From an uncultured Actinomyces sp. (GTDB lineage Bacteria > Actinomycetota > Actinomycetes > Actinomycetales > Actinomycetaceae), in NCBI GenBank assembly GCA_902373435.1, contig CABKMD010000001.1:20500-84499 (forward strand): a DNA stretch of 64,000 bases, written 5' to 3'. Both the position numbers and the translations under genes were made by a program. Numbering within the stretch: the stretch's first letter is position 1; each line of letters begins with the position of its first letter. The notes under the pieces were generated by a model. It was not told the origin of the DNA and did no database searches. It saw only the letters and a list, made by a program, of their open reading frames with translations. Positions 45,039-56,986 of the stretch are shown here, one piece after another.

Positions 45039-45340
45039 GCACGATTGAAGCGGGTAAGAACCCCCGTGACATCATCCTGAAGCCGGTCACCACCGAGAAG
45101 TCGCTCGCCCTCATGGACCTGGGCAAGTACACCTTCGAGGTTGACCCCCGCGCGAACAAGACCGAGATCAAGATTGCCCTCGAGCGTATCTTCGGCGTCA
45201 AGATCGGTTCCATCGCCACCCAGAACCGCAAGGGCAAGACCTACCGCACCCGCAACGGGATCGGTAAGCGCAAGGACGTCAAGCGTGCCATCGTCACCGT
45301 ACGTGAGGGCACCATCGACATCTTCGGCGATCAGGCCTGA
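45035..45340 (+). CDS. rplW: 50S ribosomal protein L23.
   Basis: L23 size and signature. GTG overlaps the rplD stop. Confidence 0.95.
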   Translation: MSTIEAGKNPRDIILKPVTTEKSLALMDLGKYTFEVDPRANKTEIKIALERIFGVKIGSIATQNRKGKTYRTRNGIGKRKDVKRAIVTVREGTIDIFGDQA

Positions 45341-45362
45341 GGACCGAAGGGACATTTGAACA

Positions 45363-46199
45363 ATGGGAATTCGCAAGTACAAGCCCACGACTCCGGGCCG
45401 TCGCTTCTCGTCCGTCTCTGACTTCGTCGAGATTACCCGCGACACCCCCGAGAAGTCGCTGCTGCGCCCGCTGCACAAGACCGGTGGCCGTAACAACAAC
45501 GGCCGTGTGACCTCCCGCCACCGCGGCGGCGGCCACAAGCGTCAGTACCGCGTGATCGACTTCCGTCGTCACGACAAGGACGGCGTCCCGGCAACGGTCG
45601 CTCACATCGAGTACGACCCCAACCGCACCGCTCGCATCGCCCTCCTGCACTACGCGGATGGCGAGAAGCGCTACATCCTCGCTCCGACTGGCCTCAAGCA
45701 GGGCGATCAGATCGAGGCCGGCGTTGGCGCTGACATCAAACCCGGCAACTCCCTGCAGCTGCGCAACATCCCCCTGGGTACCGTTGTGCACGCCGTCGAG
45801 CTCTACCCGGGTGGCGGCGCGAAGATCGCTCGCTCCGCTGGTACCTCCGTGCAGCTCGTCGCTAAGGAAGGCCGCTTCGCCCAGCTGCGTATGCCCTCCG
45901 GCGAGATCCGCAACGTCGAGGCCACCTGCCGCGCCACCATCGGTGAGGTCGGCAACGCTGAGCAGTCGAACATCAACTGGGGCAAGGCCGGCCGTATGCG
46001 CTGGAAGGGCAAGCGCCCGCACGTCCGTGGTGTCGTTATGAACCCGGTCGACCACCCGCACGGCGGTGGTGAAGGCCGCACGTCCGGTGGTCGTCACCCC
46101 GTGTCGCCTTGGGGCAAGCCCGAGGGCCGTACGCGTCGTCCGAAGAAGGCGTCCGATCGCATGATCGTCCGCCGTCGCAAGACCGGCAAGAACCGCTGA
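45363..46199 (+). CDS. rplB: 50S ribosomal protein L2.
   Basis: [14 protein letters not shown]...HGGGEGR signature. Confidence 0.97.
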   Translation: MGIRKYKPTTPGRRFSSVSDFVEITRDTPEKSLLRPLHKTGGRNNNGRVTSRHRGGGHKRQYRVIDFRRHDKDGVPATVAHIEYDPNRTARIALLHYADGEKRYILAPTGLKQGDQIEAGVGADIKPGNSLQLRNIPLGTVVHAVELYPGGGAKIARSAGTSVQLVAKEGRFAQLRMPSGEIRNVEATCRATIGEVGNAEQSNINWGKAGRMRWKGKRPHVRGVVMNPVDHPHGGGEGRTSGGRHPVSPWGKPEGRTRRPKKASDRMIVRRRKTGKNR

Positions 46200-46215
46200 G
46201 TAGGAGTCGATTGAA

Positions 46216-46497
46216 ATGCCGCGTAGTTTGAAGAAGGGCCCGTTCGTCGACGACCACCTGCTCAAGAAGGTCGACGCCGCGAACGAATCCGGCTCTAAGA
46301 ACGTCATCAAGACCTGGTCGCGTCGCTCGGTCATCACCCCGGACTTCCTGGGTCTGACCATCGCCGTCCACGACGGCCGTAAGCATGTGCCCGTTTTCGT
46401 CACCGAGTCGATGGTGGGCCACAAGCTCGGCGAGTTCGCTCCCACGCGTACTTTCCGTAGCCACGACAAGGACGATCGCAAGGGACGTCGGCGCTGA
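46216..46497 (+). CDS. rpsS: 30S ribosomal protein S19.
   Basis: [19 protein letters not shown] signature. Confidence 0.97.
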   Translation: MPRSLKKGPFVDDHLLKKVDAANESGSKNVIKTWSRRSVITPDFLGLTIAVHDGRKHVPVFVTESMVGHKLGEFAPTRTFRSHDKDDRKGRRR

Positions 46498-46532
46498 GCC
46501 GGCCTTGCGTAACGAAGAAAAGGCAGGATTTC

Positions 46533-46904
46533 ATGGAAGCCAAGGCGCAGGCGCGTTTTGTCCGCGTCACGCCCCAGAAGGCACGCCGTGTCGTGAACGA
46601 GGTTCGCGGCAAGGCTGCTTTGGAGGCAGCCGACATTCTGCGGTTCGCCCCGCAGGCCGTCGCCACCGATGTCCGCAAGGTGCTCCTGAGCGCCGTCGCC
46701 AACTCGAAGGTCAAGGCTGAGAACGCCGGCGAGACCTTCAACGAGGCCGACCTGCTCGTTCTGGAGGCATACGTGGACGAGGGTCCGACCATGAAGCGCA
46801 TTCGTCCCCGTGCACAGGGGCGCGCCGGTCGTATCCTGAAGCGCACCTCCCACATCACCATCGTGGTGGGCACCAAGGAAGACAAGAAGAAGGGAGACCG
46901 CTGA
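46533..46904 (+). CDS. rplV: 50S ribosomal protein L22.
   Basis: [20 protein letters not shown] signature. Confidence 0.96.
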   Translation: MEAKAQARFVRVTPQKARRVVNEVRGKAALEAADILRFAPQAVATDVRKVLLSAVANSKVKAENAGETFNEADLLVLEAYVDEGPTMKRIRPRAQGRAGRILKRTSHITIVVGTKEDKKKGDR

Positions 46905-46905
46905 T

Positions 46906-47715
46906 ATGGGTCAGAAGGTCAACCCCCGCGGGTTCCGTCTGGGAATCACCACTGACCACCGGTCTCGCTGGTTCTCCGACTCCACCACCAAGGGACAGCG
47001 CTACGCGGACTACGTGGCTGAAGACGTCGCGATCCGCAAGTTCCTGACCGACAACCTCGAGCGCGCCGGCATCGCCGAGGTGAGCATCGAGCGTACGCGT
47101 GACCGCGTTCGCGTCGACCTGCACACCGCGCGCCCGGGCATCGTCATCGGTCGTCGTGGTGCTGAGGCCGACCGCCTGCGCGTTCAGCTCGAGAAGCTGA
47201 CGGGCAAGCAGGTACAGCTGAACATCCTTGAGGTCAAGAACCCCGATCTCGACGCGCAGCTCGTTGCGCAGGGCATCGCCGAGCAGCTCGCTGCCCGCGT
47301 GTCCTTCCGTCGTGCGATGCGTAAGGGCATCCAGTCCGCGCAGCGCGCCGGCGCCAAGGGCATTCGTGTCCAGGTGTCCGGCCGTCTGGGTGGCGCTGAA
47401 ATGTCCCGCTCCGAGTTCTACCGTGAGGGCCGCGTGCCGCTGCACACCCTCCGCGCGAACATCGACTACGGATTCCACGAGGCCCGTACGACCTTCGGTC
47501 GCATCGGCGTCAAGGTGTGGATCTACAAGGGCGACATCACCGAGCGCGAGTTCGCTCGCCAGCAGGCCGAGCAGGCCCAGCGCGGCGGCCGTCGCGATGG
47601 TCGTCGCGGCCCCCGCCGCGGTGGACGCCCCAACCAGGAGACCGCTGCGCAGCAGGCTCCCCGTGAGGCTTCGGCCTCCGAGGCCGTTGCGCCCACGACC
47701 GGATCGGAGGCCTGA
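46906..47715 (+). CDS. rpsC: 30S ribosomal protein S3 with a Gly/Arg-rich C-terminal tail.
   Basis: [13 protein letters not shown] signature with KH and S3-C domains. Confidence 0.97.
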   Translation: MGQKVNPRGFRLGITTDHRSRWFSDSTTKGQRYADYVAEDVAIRKFLTDNLERAGIAEVSIERTRDRVRVDLHTARPGIVIGRRGAEADRLRVQLEKLTGKQVQLNILEVKNPDLDAQLVAQGIAEQLAARVSFRRAMRKGIQSAQRAGAKGIRVQVSGRLGGAEMSRSEFYREGRVPLHTLRANIDYGFHEARTTFGRIGVKVWIYKGDITEREFARQQAEQAQRGGRRDGRRGPRRGGRPNQETAAQQAPREASASEAVAPTTGSEA

Positions 47716-47720
47716 GCCCA

Positions 47721-48140
47721 ATGCTCATTCCCCGTCGGACTAAGTACCGCAAGCAGCACCGTCCTCACCGCACTGGCTTTGCCTCCGGTGGCACCGAACT
47801 GGCGTTCGGCGACTACGGCATCCAGGCGCTTGAGGCTGCGTACATCACCAACCGTCAGATTGAGGCCGCACGTATTGCCGTGACGCGTCACATCAAGCGT
47901 GGCGGTAAGGTCTGGATCAACATCTTCCCGGACCGTCCTCTGACGAAGAAGCCCGCCGAAACCCGTATGGGTTCCGGTAAGGGTGCTCCGGAATGGTGGG
48001 TTGCCCCCGTCAAGCCCGGACGTGTCATGTTCGAGCTGGCAGGCGTCCCGGAGGAGCTCGCTCGCGAGGCCCTCAGCCGTGCCCAGCACAAGCTTCCTAT
48101 CAAGACCCGTTTCGTGGTCCGAGAGGGTGGTGACATCTGA
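47721..48140 (+). CDS. rplP: 50S ribosomal protein L16.
   Basis: [15 protein letters not shown] signature. Confidence 0.97.
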   Translation: MLIPRRTKYRKQHRPHRTGFASGGTELAFGDYGIQALEAAYITNRQIEAARIAVTRHIKRGGKVWINIFPDRPLTKKPAETRMGSGKGAPEWWVAPVKPGRVMFELAGVPEELAREALSRAQHKLPIKTRFVVREGGDI

Positions 48141-48373
48141 TGGCAGATAAGGGTCTGACCACTGAACAGCTCGATGCAATGGACAACTTCCAGCTGTCCA
48201 AGGAGCTGGAGAAGGCGAAGGCTGAGCTGTTCAACCTGCGTTTTGCGCAGGCCGTTGGCAACCTCGAGGATCACGGTCGCATGAAGACCGTGCGCCGCGA
48301 TATTGCCCGGATCTACACCATCGCGCGTGAGCGGGAGCTTGGCTACCGCACCGCCCCGAGCACTGAGGAGTGA
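48140..48373 (+). CDS. rpmC: 50S ribosomal protein L29.
   Basis: Size and signature [12 protein letters not shown]. The start overlaps the rplP stop. Confidence 0.95.
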   Translation: MADKGLTTEQLDAMDNFQLSKELEKAKAELFNLRFAQAVGNLEDHGRMKTVRRDIARIYTIARERELGYRTAPSTEE

Positions 48374-48378
48374 GCCTG

Positions 48379-48645
48379 ATGGCAGAAACCACCGCTCGTA
48401 ACGAGCGTAAGGTCCGTCGCGGCTACGTCGTCAGCGACAAGATGGACAAGACCGTTGTCGTCCAGATCGAGGATCGCGTCAAGCACGCCCTCTACGGCAA
48501 GGTCATGCGCAAGAACAAGAAGGTCAAGGTTCACGACGAGCACAACGAGTGCGGTGTCGGCGATCTCGTCCTCATCATGGAGACCCGCCCGCTGTCGGCC
48601 ACCAAGCGCTGGCGCGTTGTGGAGATCCTCGAAAAGGCGAAGTGA
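48379..48645 (+). CDS. rpsQ: 30S ribosomal protein S17.
   Basis: [19 protein letters not shown]...[11 protein letters not shown] signature. A GTG at 48370 is an alternative start. Confidence 0.95.
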   Translation: MAETTARNERKVRRGYVVSDKMDKTVVVQIEDRVKHALYGKVMRKNKKVKVHDEHNECGVGDLVLIMETRPLSATKRWRVVEILEKAK

Positions 48646-48733
48646 CCTTCGCTCACAGACCGAAATCCGTTCGGCAAGGCTCGACCGGTACAATCCGGAA
48701 GAGAACCGGCACGACGACAGGAGTCAATAGAAA

Positions 48734-49102
48734 ATGATTCAGCAGGAGTCGCGACTGAAGGTCGCCGACAACACAGGGGCCAAGGAGATCCTGACCATCC
48801 GTGTTCTCGGTGGCTCGGGTCGGCGCTACGCGGGTATCGGCGACACCATTGTCGCCACCGTGAAGGACGCCATTCCCGGCGGCAACGTCAAGAAGGGCGA
48901 AGTCGTCAAGGCAGTGATCGTTCGCACGCGTAAGGAAACCCGCCGCCCCGACGGTTCCTACATTCGTTTCGACGAGAATGCGGCCGTCATCATCAACAAC
49001 AATGGCGAGCCGCGTGGCACGCGTATCTTCGGCCCCGTGGGCCGCGAGCTGCGTGACAAGAAGTTCATGCGCATCGTCTCCCTCGCTCCGGAGGTGATCT
49101 GA
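48734..49102 (+). CDS. rplN: 50S ribosomal protein L14.
   Basis: [18 protein letters not shown] signature. Confidence 0.97.
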   Translation: MIQQESRLKVADNTGAKEILTIRVLGGSGRRYAGIGDTIVATVKDAIPGGNVKKGEVVKAVIVRTRKETRRPDGSYIRFDENAAVIINNNGEPRGTRIFGPVGRELRDKKFMRIVSLAPEVI

Positions 49103-49105
49103 TCC

Positions 49106-49537
49106 ATGGCAGCCAAGATTCGTAAGAATGACCTCGTCGAGGTCGTTCGCGGACGTACGTCCGACGAGAAGGCGCTGGCTGAGCGCAACGCCCGCCGTGC
49201 GGAAGAGGGCCTCGAGCCCCTGACCCCCGGCGACAAGGGCAAGCAGGGCCGCGTCATCCAGGTGTTCCCCGCCGAGGGCAAGGTCCTCGTCGAGGGCATC
49301 AACCTGAAGACGCGCCACGTGCGCCAGGGCCAGCAGGGCAGCGCTGGCGGCATCGAGACCATCGAGGCCCCCATCTCGCTGTCCAAGGTCGCACTGGTCG
49401 ACCCCGAGACCAAAAAGCGCGTTCGCGCCGGTTTCCGCGAGGACACCGTCGAGCGCGGCGGCCGCACCCGCACTGTCCGAGTTCGCGTGGCTCGTGGCGG
49501 CGCGAAGCGCGGCGTTGAGCAGGGCAAGGAGATCTGA
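49106..49537 (+). CDS. rplX: 50S ribosomal protein L24 (KOW domain) with an internal insertion and a basic C-terminal extension.
   Basis: Position between rplN and rplE. KOW-like [13 protein letters not shown]. 143 aa, versus about 105 aa typical. Confidence 0.85.
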   Translation: MAAKIRKNDLVEVVRGRTSDEKALAERNARRAEEGLEPLTPGDKGKQGRVIQVFPAEGKVLVEGINLKTRHVRQGQQGSAGGIETIEAPISLSKVALVDPETKKRVRAGFREDTVERGGRTRTVRVRVARGGAKRGVEQGKEI

Positions 49538-49539
49538 GC

Positions 49540-50085
49540 ATGGCCCCGCGTCTGAAGGAAAAGTACGTCTCCGAGATCCGCGAGGCGCTCCGTGCTGAAT
49601 TCAAGCACGAGAACGTCATGCAGGTCGGCGGACTGACGAAGATCGTTGTCAACATGGGTGTCGGCGAGGCCGCTCGCGACTCGAAGGCACTCGAGGGCGC
49701 AATCCGCGACCTCACCGCGATCACCGGCCAGAAGCCCGTGACCACCCGCGCCAAGAAGTCCATCGCGCAGTTCAAACTGCGTGAGGGTCAGGCGATCGGT
49801 GCGCACGTCACGCTTCGCGGCGACCGCATGTGGGAGTTCCTGGATCGCCTCCTCTCGACGGCGCTTCCCCGTATCCGTGACTTCCGCGGACTGTCTTCCA
49901 AGCAGTTCGACGGTCACGGCAACTACACCTTCGGTCTCACGGAACAGTCGATGTTCCACGAGATCGATCAGGACTCGATCGACCGAGTGCGCGGCATGGA
50001 CATCACGGTTGTCACCTCGGCCACCACCGACGAAGAGGGTCGCGCCCTTCTCCGTCACCTCGGCTTCCCGTTCAAGGAGGACTGA
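49540..50085 (+). CDS. rplE: 50S ribosomal protein L5.
   Basis: Signature and operon position. Confidence 0.96.
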   Translation: MAPRLKEKYVSEIREALRAEFKHENVMQVGGLTKIVVNMGVGEAARDSKALEGAIRDLTAITGQKPVTTRAKKSIAQFKLREGQAIGAHVTLRGDRMWEFLDRLLSTALPRIRDFRGLSSKQFDGHGNYTFGLTEQSMFHEIDQDSIDRVRGMDITVVTSATTDEEGRALLRHLGFPFKED

Positions 50086-50088
50086 CCC

Positions 50089-50274
50089 ATGGCCAAGACA
50101 TCCCTGAAGGTCAAGGCTGCCCGCAAGCCGAAGTTCGGCGTGCGTGCCTACACCCGGTGCAACCGTTGCGGTCGTCCGCACTCGGTGTACCGCAAGTTCG
50201 GACTGTGCCGCGTGTGCCTGCGCGAGCTCGCCCACCGTGGCGAACTCCCCGGTGTCACCAAGAGCAGCTGGTAA
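50089..50274 (+). CDS. rpsN: 30S ribosomal protein S14, zinc-binding type Z (C-x2-C...C-x2-C).
   Basis: 61 aa with CNRCGRPH...CRVCLRE. Confidence 0.95.
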   Translation: MAKTSLKVKAARKPKFGVRAYTRCNRCGRPHSVYRKFGLCRVCLRELAHRGELPGVTKSSW

Positions 50275-50336
50275 AACGAACGTCGCAGGTCCCGGATAAC
50301 CGGAGAAACCGCGACGAGGAAGGGGAATAAACCCCC

Positions 50337-50735
50337 ATGACAATGACAGACCCGATTGCAGATATGCTGACGCGTCTGCGCAACGCGACTCGTGCGCACC
50401 ACGATGCGGTCTCCATGCCGTACTCGAAGCTCAAGAATGCGATTGCGAACATCCTGGTCGAGGAAGGCTACATTGCCTCGACCTCCGTCGAGGATGCCCG
50501 TGTGGGCAAGACCCTGACGATCAACCTGAAGTACGGCTCGCACCGCGAGGCCGCGATCCAGGGGCTCAAGCGCGTGTCCAAGCCTGGTCTGCGCGTGTAC
50601 GCCAAGTCCACCAACCTGCCCAAGGTCCGCGGCGGCCTCGGCGTGGCTATCCTGTCCACGTCCTCCGGCCTGCTCACCGACCGTCAGGCAGCCGAGAAGG
50701 GTGTGGGTGGGGAAGTCCTCGCCTACATCTGGTGA
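50337..50735 (+). CDS. rpsH: 30S ribosomal protein S8.
   Basis: [17 protein letters not shown] signature. Confidence 0.97.
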   Translation: MTMTDPIADMLTRLRNATRAHHDAVSMPYSKLKNAIANILVEEGYIASTSVEDARVGKTLTINLKYGSHREAAIQGLKRVSKPGLRVYAKSTNLPKVRGGLGVAILSTSSGLLTDRQAAEKGVGGEVLAYIW

Positions 50736-50750
50736 TGAGGAGGCTGAAGA

Positions 50751-51287
50751 ATGTCGCGTATTGGTAAGAATCCGATCGAAATTCCCGCGGGCGTCGACGT
50801 CACCATCAACGGTGCAGACGTTACCGTTAAGGGCCCCAAGGGAACACTGAGCCACGTTGTGCCTGAACCCATCAGCGCCGCCATCGATGAAGGCAAGGTC
50901 GTTGTGACCCGTCCTTCCGATGATCGTGTTGCTCGTTCGCTCCACGGCCTGACCCGCACCCTGATCGCCAACATGATCGAAGGTGTGACGAAGGGCTTCT
51001 CGAAGCAGCTTGAAATTGCCGGTACCGGTTACCGCGTTGTTGCAAAGGGCAAGGACCTCGAGTTCTCCCTCGGCTTCTCGCACACCGTTTTCGTTCCGGC
51101 GCCCGAAGGCATCGAGTTCTCCGTCGAATCTCAGACGAAGTTCACCGTGTCGGGTATCGACAAGCAGCTCGTTGGAGAGACCGCCGCTCGCATCCGTAAG
51201 CTCAAGAAGCCTGAACCCTACAAGGGCAAGGGTATCCACTACGTGGGCGAGACCATCCGTCGCAAGGTCGGAAAGGCTGGTAAGTGA
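50751..51287 (+). CDS. rplF: 50S ribosomal protein L6.
   Basis: [15 protein letters not shown] signature. Confidence 0.97.
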   Translation: MSRIGKNPIEIPAGVDVTINGADVTVKGPKGTLSHVVPEPISAAIDEGKVVVTRPSDDRVARSLHGLTRTLIANMIEGVTKGFSKQLEIAGTGYRVVAKGKDLEFSLGFSHTVFVPAPEGIEFSVESQTKFTVSGIDKQLVGETAARIRKLKKPEPYKGKGIHYVGETIRRKVGKAGK

Positions 51288-51658
51288 TGGCTTACTCGAT
51301 CAAGGGCAAGGGCAAGTTCGTCGCTCGCAAGCGCCGTCACCTCCGCCTCCGCAAGAAGATCAACGGCACGCCCGAGCGTCCCCGTCTGGTCGTTACCCGT
51401 TCGAACCGCCACATGGTGGCTCAGGTTATCGACGATACGGTTGGTCACACCCTGGTGTCGGCCTCCGACATCGAGACCGAGGTCGCTGGTTCCGAGGGCA
51501 CGAAGACCGACAAGGCTCGCAAGGTCGGCGCACTGATCGCCGAGCGTGCGAAGGCAGCCGGTATCTCCGCTGTCGTCTTCGATCGCGGTGGTAACAAGTA
51601 CACAGGTCGCGTTGCGGCCGTTGCCGAGGCCGCCCGTGAGGGCGGACTCGAGCTGTGA
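51287..51658 (+). CDS. rplR: 50S ribosomal protein L18.
   Basis: Signature and position. The ATG overlaps the rplF stop. Confidence 0.95.
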   Translation: MAYSIKGKGKFVARKRRHLRLRKKINGTPERPRLVVTRSNRHMVAQVIDDTVGHTLVSASDIETEVAGSEGTKTDKARKVGALIAERAKAAGISAVVFDRGGNKYTGRVAAVAEAAREGGLEL

Positions 51659-51686
51659 ACGAGCCGAAAGAAAGAGAGATCATCTG

Positions 51687-52376
51687 ATGGCTGCACAGCA
51701 GCGAGACAGGAACGGTTCGGGCGCGGGCGAGAACAACGATCGCCGTGAGCGCCGCTCCGGCCGCGGCAACGATCGCGATAACCGCCGGAACAACGAAAAC
51801 AAGAACGAGTACATCGAGCGCGTCGTGACCATCAACCGCGTCTCCAAGGTTGTGAAGGGTGGACGTCGTTTCTCCTTCACCGCCCTGGTTGTCGTGGGTG
51901 ACGGCGAAGGCACGGTGGGCGTCGGCTACGGAAAGGCCAAGGAAGTTCCCCAGGCTATTTCCAAGGGCGTCGAGGAGGCGAAGAAGAACTTCTTCCGCGT
52001 CCCGATGATCCGTCGCACGATTACGCACGTGGTGCAGGGCCGAGACACCGCCGGTGTCGTCCTCCTGCGTCCGGCTGCCCCCGGTACCGGCGTTATCGCC
52101 GGCGGCCCGGTGCGCGCCGTCCTGGAGGCCGCAGGCGTCCACGACGTGCTCACCAAGTCGCTGGGCTCGTCCAACGCGATCAACATCGTCCATGCGACGG
52201 TTGACGCACTCAAGCAGCTCGAGCAGCCCGAGGCTGTCGCCGCACGCCGCGGCCTGCCCGTCGAGCGCGTTGCTCCCGCGTCCATGCTGCGCGCTCGCGC
52301 AGAGGGCGAGGCCGAGAAGCGCGCGGCTGCCGAGGCCGCCGAGGCCGACAAGGCCGCTGCAGGGGAGGCTAAGTGA
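51687..52376 (+). CDS. rpsE: 30S ribosomal protein S5 with an Arg/Asn/Asp-rich N-terminal extension and an Ala/Glu/Lys-rich C-terminal tail.
   Basis: Core [20 protein letters not shown]...GVGYGKA signature. The aaagagag RBS precedes ATG 51687. Confidence 0.95.
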   Translation: MAAQQRDRNGSGAGENNDRRERRSGRGNDRDNRRNNENKNEYIERVVTINRVSKVVKGGRRFSFTALVVVGDGEGTVGVGYGKAKEVPQAISKGVEEAKKNFFRVPMIRRTITHVVQGRDTAGVVLLRPAAPGTGVIAGGPVRAVLEAAGVHDVLTKSLGSSNAINIVHATVDALKQLEQPEAVAARRGLPVERVAPASMLRARAEGEAEKRAAAEAAEADKAAAGEAK

Positions 52377-52561
52377 TGGCGAAGAACATCAAGATCACGC
52401 AGGTCAAGTCCTCTGCTCACGCGAAGCAGAACATGAAGGACACGCTGCGCACCCTCGGGCTGCGCAAGATCGGCCAGAGTGTCGTGCGTGAGCAGACGGA
52501 AGCCGTTCTGGGCGCCGTTCGCACCGTGCGTCACCTGGTGACCGCTGAGGAGGTCGACTGA
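52376..52561 (+). CDS. rpmD: 50S ribosomal protein L30.
   Basis: [12 protein letters not shown] signature. The ATG overlaps the rpsE TGA. Confidence 0.95.
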   Translation: MAKNIKITQVKSSAHAKQNMKDTLRTLGLRKIGQSVVREQTEAVLGAVRTVRHLVTAEEVD

Positions 52562-52563
52562 CA

Positions 52564-53028
52564 ATGGCGGACTCCACGAACAAGACGCAGATCGTTAAGC
52601 TGCACCACCTGCGTCCTGCCCAGGGAGCCAAGACCGCTAAGACCCGCGTGGGTCGCGGTGAAGGTTCGAAGGGTAAGACCGCTGGCCGCGGCACCAAGGG
52701 CACCAAGGCCCGTTACCAGGTTGCTGCCGGCTTCGAGGGTGGCCAGATGCCGATCCACATGCGTTTGCCGAAGCTTCGCGGCTTCAAGAATCCCTTCCGC
52801 GTTGAGTACCAGGTCGTGAACGTTGGCAAGCTCGGGGAGCTCTTCCCTGAGGGCGGCAAGGTCACGGTCGAGGATCTCATCGCCAAGCACGCCGTTCGCG
52901 ATTCCGCGCCCGTCAAGGTGCTCGGTACAGGCGAACTGAGCGTCAAGCTCGAGGTTGAGGTCGATTCCTGGTCGTCCTCTGCCGAGGCGAAGATCACGGC
53001 TGCCGGCGGGTCCATTTCGGCTCGCTGA
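52564..53028 (+). CDS. rplO: 50S ribosomal protein L15.
   Basis: [21 protein letters not shown] signature. Confidence 0.96.
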   Translation: MADSTNKTQIVKLHHLRPAQGAKTAKTRVGRGEGSKGKTAGRGTKGTKARYQVAAGFEGGQMPIHMRLPKLRGFKNPFRVEYQVVNVGKLGELFPEGGKVTVEDLIAKHAVRDSAPVKVLGTGELSVKLEVEVDSWSSSAEAKITAAGGSISAR

Positions 53029-53285
53029 CGCTGAACGGGGGTGGTCCCTCGCGGGACCACCCCCGTTACGTGTCTGTGTTTTCGCGGGTGACACGCTGTC
53101 ACAGTGCTTGTGCCCCGAGACAGTAACTCGCCCCAGCGCGTGGGGCGTAGGTGCGCCGCGTCTCGTTAAATACGCGGCAATGCGCTTGTTTAATGATTGG
53201 ATATCGCCAGCCACTACCCGTGTCGGGTAAGCTGGATCAGTCTAGGGGCTCTCGCCCCGCTGCCCATCACCCGTAGGAGGAAGCC

Positions 53286-54578
53286 TTGCTCGGTGCATTC
53301 GCCCAGGCGTTCCGTACCCCCGACTTGCGTCGGAAGCTGCTGTTTACCCTGTTCATCATGGCCGCGTTCCGGCTGGGCTCGTTCATCCCGACGCCCGGCG
53401 TGGACTCTCAGGCTGTGCAGCGCTGCATGGCGCAGGAGTCGCAGGCGTCGCTGCTCGACCTTGTCAACCTGTTCTCGGGTGGAGCGCTCCTCCAGCTGTC
53501 GATCTTCGCGCTGGGAATCATGCCGTACATCACTGCGTCGATCATCATTCAGTTGCTGAGGGTCGTTATTCCTCGCTTCGATGACCTCTACAAGGAAGGT
53601 CAGACGGGCCAGGCCAAGCTCACGCAGTACACGCGTTATCTGACGATTTTCCTGGGCATCTTGCAGGCAACGACGACGATTTCTCTCGCACGCAGCGGCC
53701 AGCTCTTCCAGTCGTGCCAATACGACATCATCAAGGACCGCTCCGTCTTCACCTTCATCATGATGATCATCGTGATGATGGCTGGTACCGGCGTCATCAT
53801 GTGGCTGGGCGAGCTCATCACGGAGCGCGGCATCGGTAACGGTATGTCACTGCTGATCTTCACGTCGATCGCCGCCCGCCTGCCGGAGCAACTACTCTCC
53901 ATTGGTCAGGCCGGCAAGTGGGGTTCGGTCGCCGCGATCGTTGCGCTACTTCTCCTCGTGGCCATCGCTGTCGTCTATGTGGAGCAGGCCCAGCGCCGCA
54001 TTCCCGTCCAGTACGCCAAGCGCATGATCGGGCGTCGCCAGTACGGCGGCACCACGACGTACATCCCGCTGAAGATCAACATGTCGGGCGTTATCCCCGT
54101 CATCTTCGCCTCCTCGATCCTTGCCCTGCCTCCGATGGCGGCGCAGTTCGGCAAGCCGGACGATCAGTGGGTCCAGTGGATCTCCGCGCATTTCACGCAG
54201 GGCAGCGCGTTCTACCTGACGATCTACGCCCTCATGACTTTGTTCTTCACCTTCTTCTACACCGCCATCACGTTCAACCCGGACGAGGTCGCGGACAACA
54301 TGAAGAAGTACGGAGGCTTCATCCCCGGTTACCGTGCGGGTCGTCCCACGGCTGAGTATCTGCGCTACGTGATTAACCGAATCACGTCGGCGGGCGCTCT
54401 CTACCTCGTGATCATCGCCCTCCTGCCGTCTCTGGCGATCATCCCGTTGAAGCTGTCGAGCTCGCAGATGCCCTTCGGTGGCACCACGCTGCTCATCATC
54501 ATCGGCGTTGGTCTGCAGACGGTGAAGGAAATCAATACGCAACTCCAGCAGCACCACTACGAAGGATTCCTGAAATGA
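53286..54578 (+). CDS. secY: Preprotein translocase subunit SecY.
   Basis: Ten-TM SecY collinear with the actinobacterial protein (FRTPDLRRKLLFTL...). TTG start with an aggagg RBS 5 nt upstream. Confidence 0.96.
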   Translation: MLGAFAQAFRTPDLRRKLLFTLFIMAAFRLGSFIPTPGVDSQAVQRCMAQESQASLLDLVNLFSGGALLQLSIFALGIMPYITASIIIQLLRVVIPRFDDLYKEGQTGQAKLTQYTRYLTIFLGILQATTTISLARSGQLFQSCQYDIIKDRSVFTFIMMIIVMMAGTGVIMWLGELITERGIGNGMSLLIFTSIAARLPEQLLSIGQAGKWGSVAAIVALLLLVAIAVVYVEQAQRRIPVQYAKRMIGRRQYGGTTTYIPLKINMSGVIPVIFASSILALPPMAAQFGKPDDQWVQWISAHFTQGSAFYLTIYALMTLFFTFFYTAITFNPDEVADNMKKYGGFIPGYRAGRPTAEYLRYVINRITSAGALYLVIIALLPSLAIIPLKLSSSQMPFGGTTLLIIIGVGLQTVKEINTQLQQHHYEGFLK

Positions 54579-55153
54579 CAGTCGTTATCCTCCTCGGCCC
54601 TCCCGGAGCTGGCAAGGGTACCCAGGCCTCGCGTATCGCTGAGCGCTTCGGTATCCCGGCTATTTCGACGGGCGACATCTTCCGCGCCAACATGGCGGAA
54701 GGTACGGAGATCGGCAAGCAGGCGCAGGCCTACATGGACCGCGGCGAGTTCGTTCCGGACTCAGTGACGAACGCTATGGTGAAGGCGCGCCTTGCTGCCC
54801 CCGACGCTGCCGACGGTTTCCTCCTCGACGGCTACCCGCGTTCCGTGGAGCAGGCGCACGTCCTGCGTGACATGCTCCTCGATCTGGGCAAGTCCATCGA
54901 CGTGGTCCTGGAGATCCAGGTGGACGAGGACGAGGTCGTGGAGCGCATGCTCAAGCGTGCTCAGGAGCAGCACCGCACGGATGACACCGAGCCCGTCATG
55001 CGTCACCGTCTGGAGGTTTACCACCAGCAGACGGAGCCCGTTGCCACGTACTACGTCGACCAGGACCTTCTTGAGGTCGTGGACGGCTCCGGTACGATCG
55101 ACGAGGTCACGGCTCGGATCTTTGCGATCCTCGACTCGGTGGCAAAGAACTAA
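54575..55153 (+). CDS. adk: Adenylate kinase.
   Basis: P-loop GPPGAGKGTQ. ATG overlaps the secY stop. Confidence 0.96.
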   Translation: MTVVILLGPPGAGKGTQASRIAERFGIPAISTGDIFRANMAEGTEIGKQAQAYMDRGEFVPDSVTNAMVKARLAAPDAADGFLLDGYPRSVEQAHVLRDMLLDLGKSIDVVLEIQVDEDEVVERMLKRAQEQHRTDDTEPVMRHRLEVYHQQTEPVATYYVDQDLLEVVDGSGTIDEVTARIFAILDSVAKN

Positions 55154-55156
55154 ACG

Positions 55157-56065
55157 ATGCCACGCATTGAACTGAAGTCCGCGCAGGAGATTCGATGGAT
55201 GCGCGAGGCCGGCCTGGTCGTCGCTTCCATCCACGAGGCCCTGCGCGGCGCCATTCGTCCCGGCATGACGACACGTGAGCTGGACGAGGTCAGCGCCCAG
55301 ACGATCATCGACGGGGGAGCAACCTCCAACTTCAAGGGCTACTACGGCTACCCGGCGACGGTGTGCATCTCAGCGAACGACGTGATCGTTCACGGTATTC
55401 CCGGCGACTACGAGCTGGCACCCGGCGACATCGTGTCTTTTGACTGCGGCGCGTACGTGGAGCGCGGAGGCCGCCAGTGGCACGGAGACGCTGCATTCAG
55501 TGTCATCGTCGGCGAGGCCTTCGTGTCGGACGCTGCCTTCGCGGCGGGGGAACGGGCCACCGGTGCGATCGCTGGAGTGGACGAGAACCTGCTGCGTGAG
55601 CGTCGCCAGCTCGACGCGGTGACGCGCGAGTCGCTGTGGGCCGCCCTTGCGGGTTTGGCGACGGGGAAGCGTATTAGTGCGGTCGGCAACGCGGTCGAGA
55701 CCGTCGTCGCGGAGAATGCTCTCATCAACGGCTGGGAAGCCGGCATCATCGAAGAGTTCGTTGGCCACGGTATCGGCACGAAGATGCACATGCCACCGGA
55801 CGTCCTCAACTACAACGTCCGCGGTATTCAGGCTCGCCTCAAGCCGGGCATGGTCCTGGCGGTCGAGCCGATGCTCACTCGTGGTGACATAGCGTCGCAG
55901 ACGGACGACGACGAGTGGACGGTGCGCACGGTCGACGGCCGTGATGCGGCCCACTGGGAACACTCGATAGCGATCACCGAAGATGGCGTCTCCGTCCTGA
56001 CGGCACGCGATGGGGGAGTCGCCGGCTTGGCACCCTACGGCGTCACCCCGGTGTCGCTCGACTGA
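55157..56065 (+). CDS. map: Methionine aminopeptidase type I (with an internal insertion).
   Basis: Pita-bread fold motifs (VHGIPG, DCGAYVERGG, FVGHGIG, LAVEPM). Confidence 0.93.
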   Translation: MPRIELKSAQEIRWMREAGLVVASIHEALRGAIRPGMTTRELDEVSAQTIIDGGATSNFKGYYGYPATVCISANDVIVHGIPGDYELAPGDIVSFDCGAYVERGGRQWHGDAAFSVIVGEAFVSDAAFAAGERATGAIAGVDENLLRERRQLDAVTRESLWAALAGLATGKRISAVGNAVETVVAENALINGWEAGIIEEFVGHGIGTKMHMPPDVLNYNVRGIQARLKPGMVLAVEPMLTRGDIASQTDDDEWTVRTVDGRDAAHWEHSIAITEDGVSVLTARDGGVAGLAPYGVTPVSLD

Positions 56066-56461
56066 CATCACAGACGTTTTCGGGCTCGGTACCTCTGTGA
56101 GGTGCCGGGCCCGAGTCATATCTCGACGAGGCAGTGGGTGGCGGTGCCCTGCCCGTCAGGCTCAAATCGTTCATGGATGAGGCTGTGGCTCTCGTGCGCT
56201 CATCACGCACCCGTCGCACAGGGCCGCGGTGAGGCATGGCTCGCCCCGGCCTCGTCGTTATGAGACGACCGACGACGGCGATTCTCCAAAATGTGACGCA
56301 TTAAACGTGAGCGAACCGACAGGGGCCCTGACTACCGGCAATGGGTGTCGATGCCGTAGAGTAGTCCCTTGGGCGTATCTGCATCCGACATTCGTCGGTG
56401 TGCTATGCCTAGCGGCATCCGCCGCAACCTATCCGAGACATGTAGAGGATAAACGGAGGAT

Positions 56462-56683
56462 ATGGCGAAGAAAGACGGCGTCATTGAGATGGAAGGCACG
56501 GTCGTTGAGGCCCTGCCTAACGCGATGTTCCGTGTGGAACTGAAGAATGGCCACGTGGTTCTCGGCCACATTGCGGGAAAGATGCGTCAGCACTACATCC
56601 GCATCCTGCCCGAGGATCGAGTTGTCGTCGAGCTGAGCCCCTACGACCTCTCCCGAGGTCGTATCGTCTACCGCTACAAGTGA
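56462..56683 (+). CDS. infA: Translation initiation factor IF-1.
   Basis: [31 protein letters not shown]... near-universal IF-1 sequence. Confidence 0.97.
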   Translation: MAKKDGVIEMEGTVVEALPNAMFRVELKNGHVVLGHIAGKMRQHYIRILPEDRVVVELSPYDLSRGRIVYRYK

Positions 56684-56723
56684 CCCGACACAAACTGCCC
56701 GACGGGCAGTGGAGGTAACAACC

Positions 56724-56837
56724 ATGAAGGTCAAGCCGAGTGTCAAGAAGATCTGTGACAAGTGCAAGGTGATTCGTCGCCACGGCAACGTCATGGTCAT
56801 CTGCGACAACCCCAGGCACAAGCAGCGCCAGGGCTGA
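56724..56837 (+). CDS. rpmJ: 50S ribosomal protein L36 (37 aa, below the ORF-track cutoff): [37 protein letters not shown].
   Basis: Translated by hand from ATG 56724. Zn-ribbon C-x2-C...C pattern and position between infA and rpsM. RBS ggagg. Confidence 0.95.
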   Translation: MKVKPSVKKICDKCKVIRRHGNVMVICDNPRHKQRQG

Positions 56838-56986
56838 GACCCGCTGCGACCCCGCGGGGCACTAAGCCCCACAGCATCACTCTAAGCACCCACCCGTGGG
56901 TGACCCTCGGTTCGGAGGCCGAGGCCGGGCTGCTCGCCCGGATTGAGCGATGACGACCTCCGATGAACAACTGGAGCAACATCACC

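Noticed and set aside
43261-52564. Minus-strand ORFs (for example 43261-44178, 45294-46853, 48958-50343, 50148-51239, 51426-52193) across the S10/spc operons.
   Set aside because: They are antisense to densely packed r-protein genes whose identity is certain, with no independent support.
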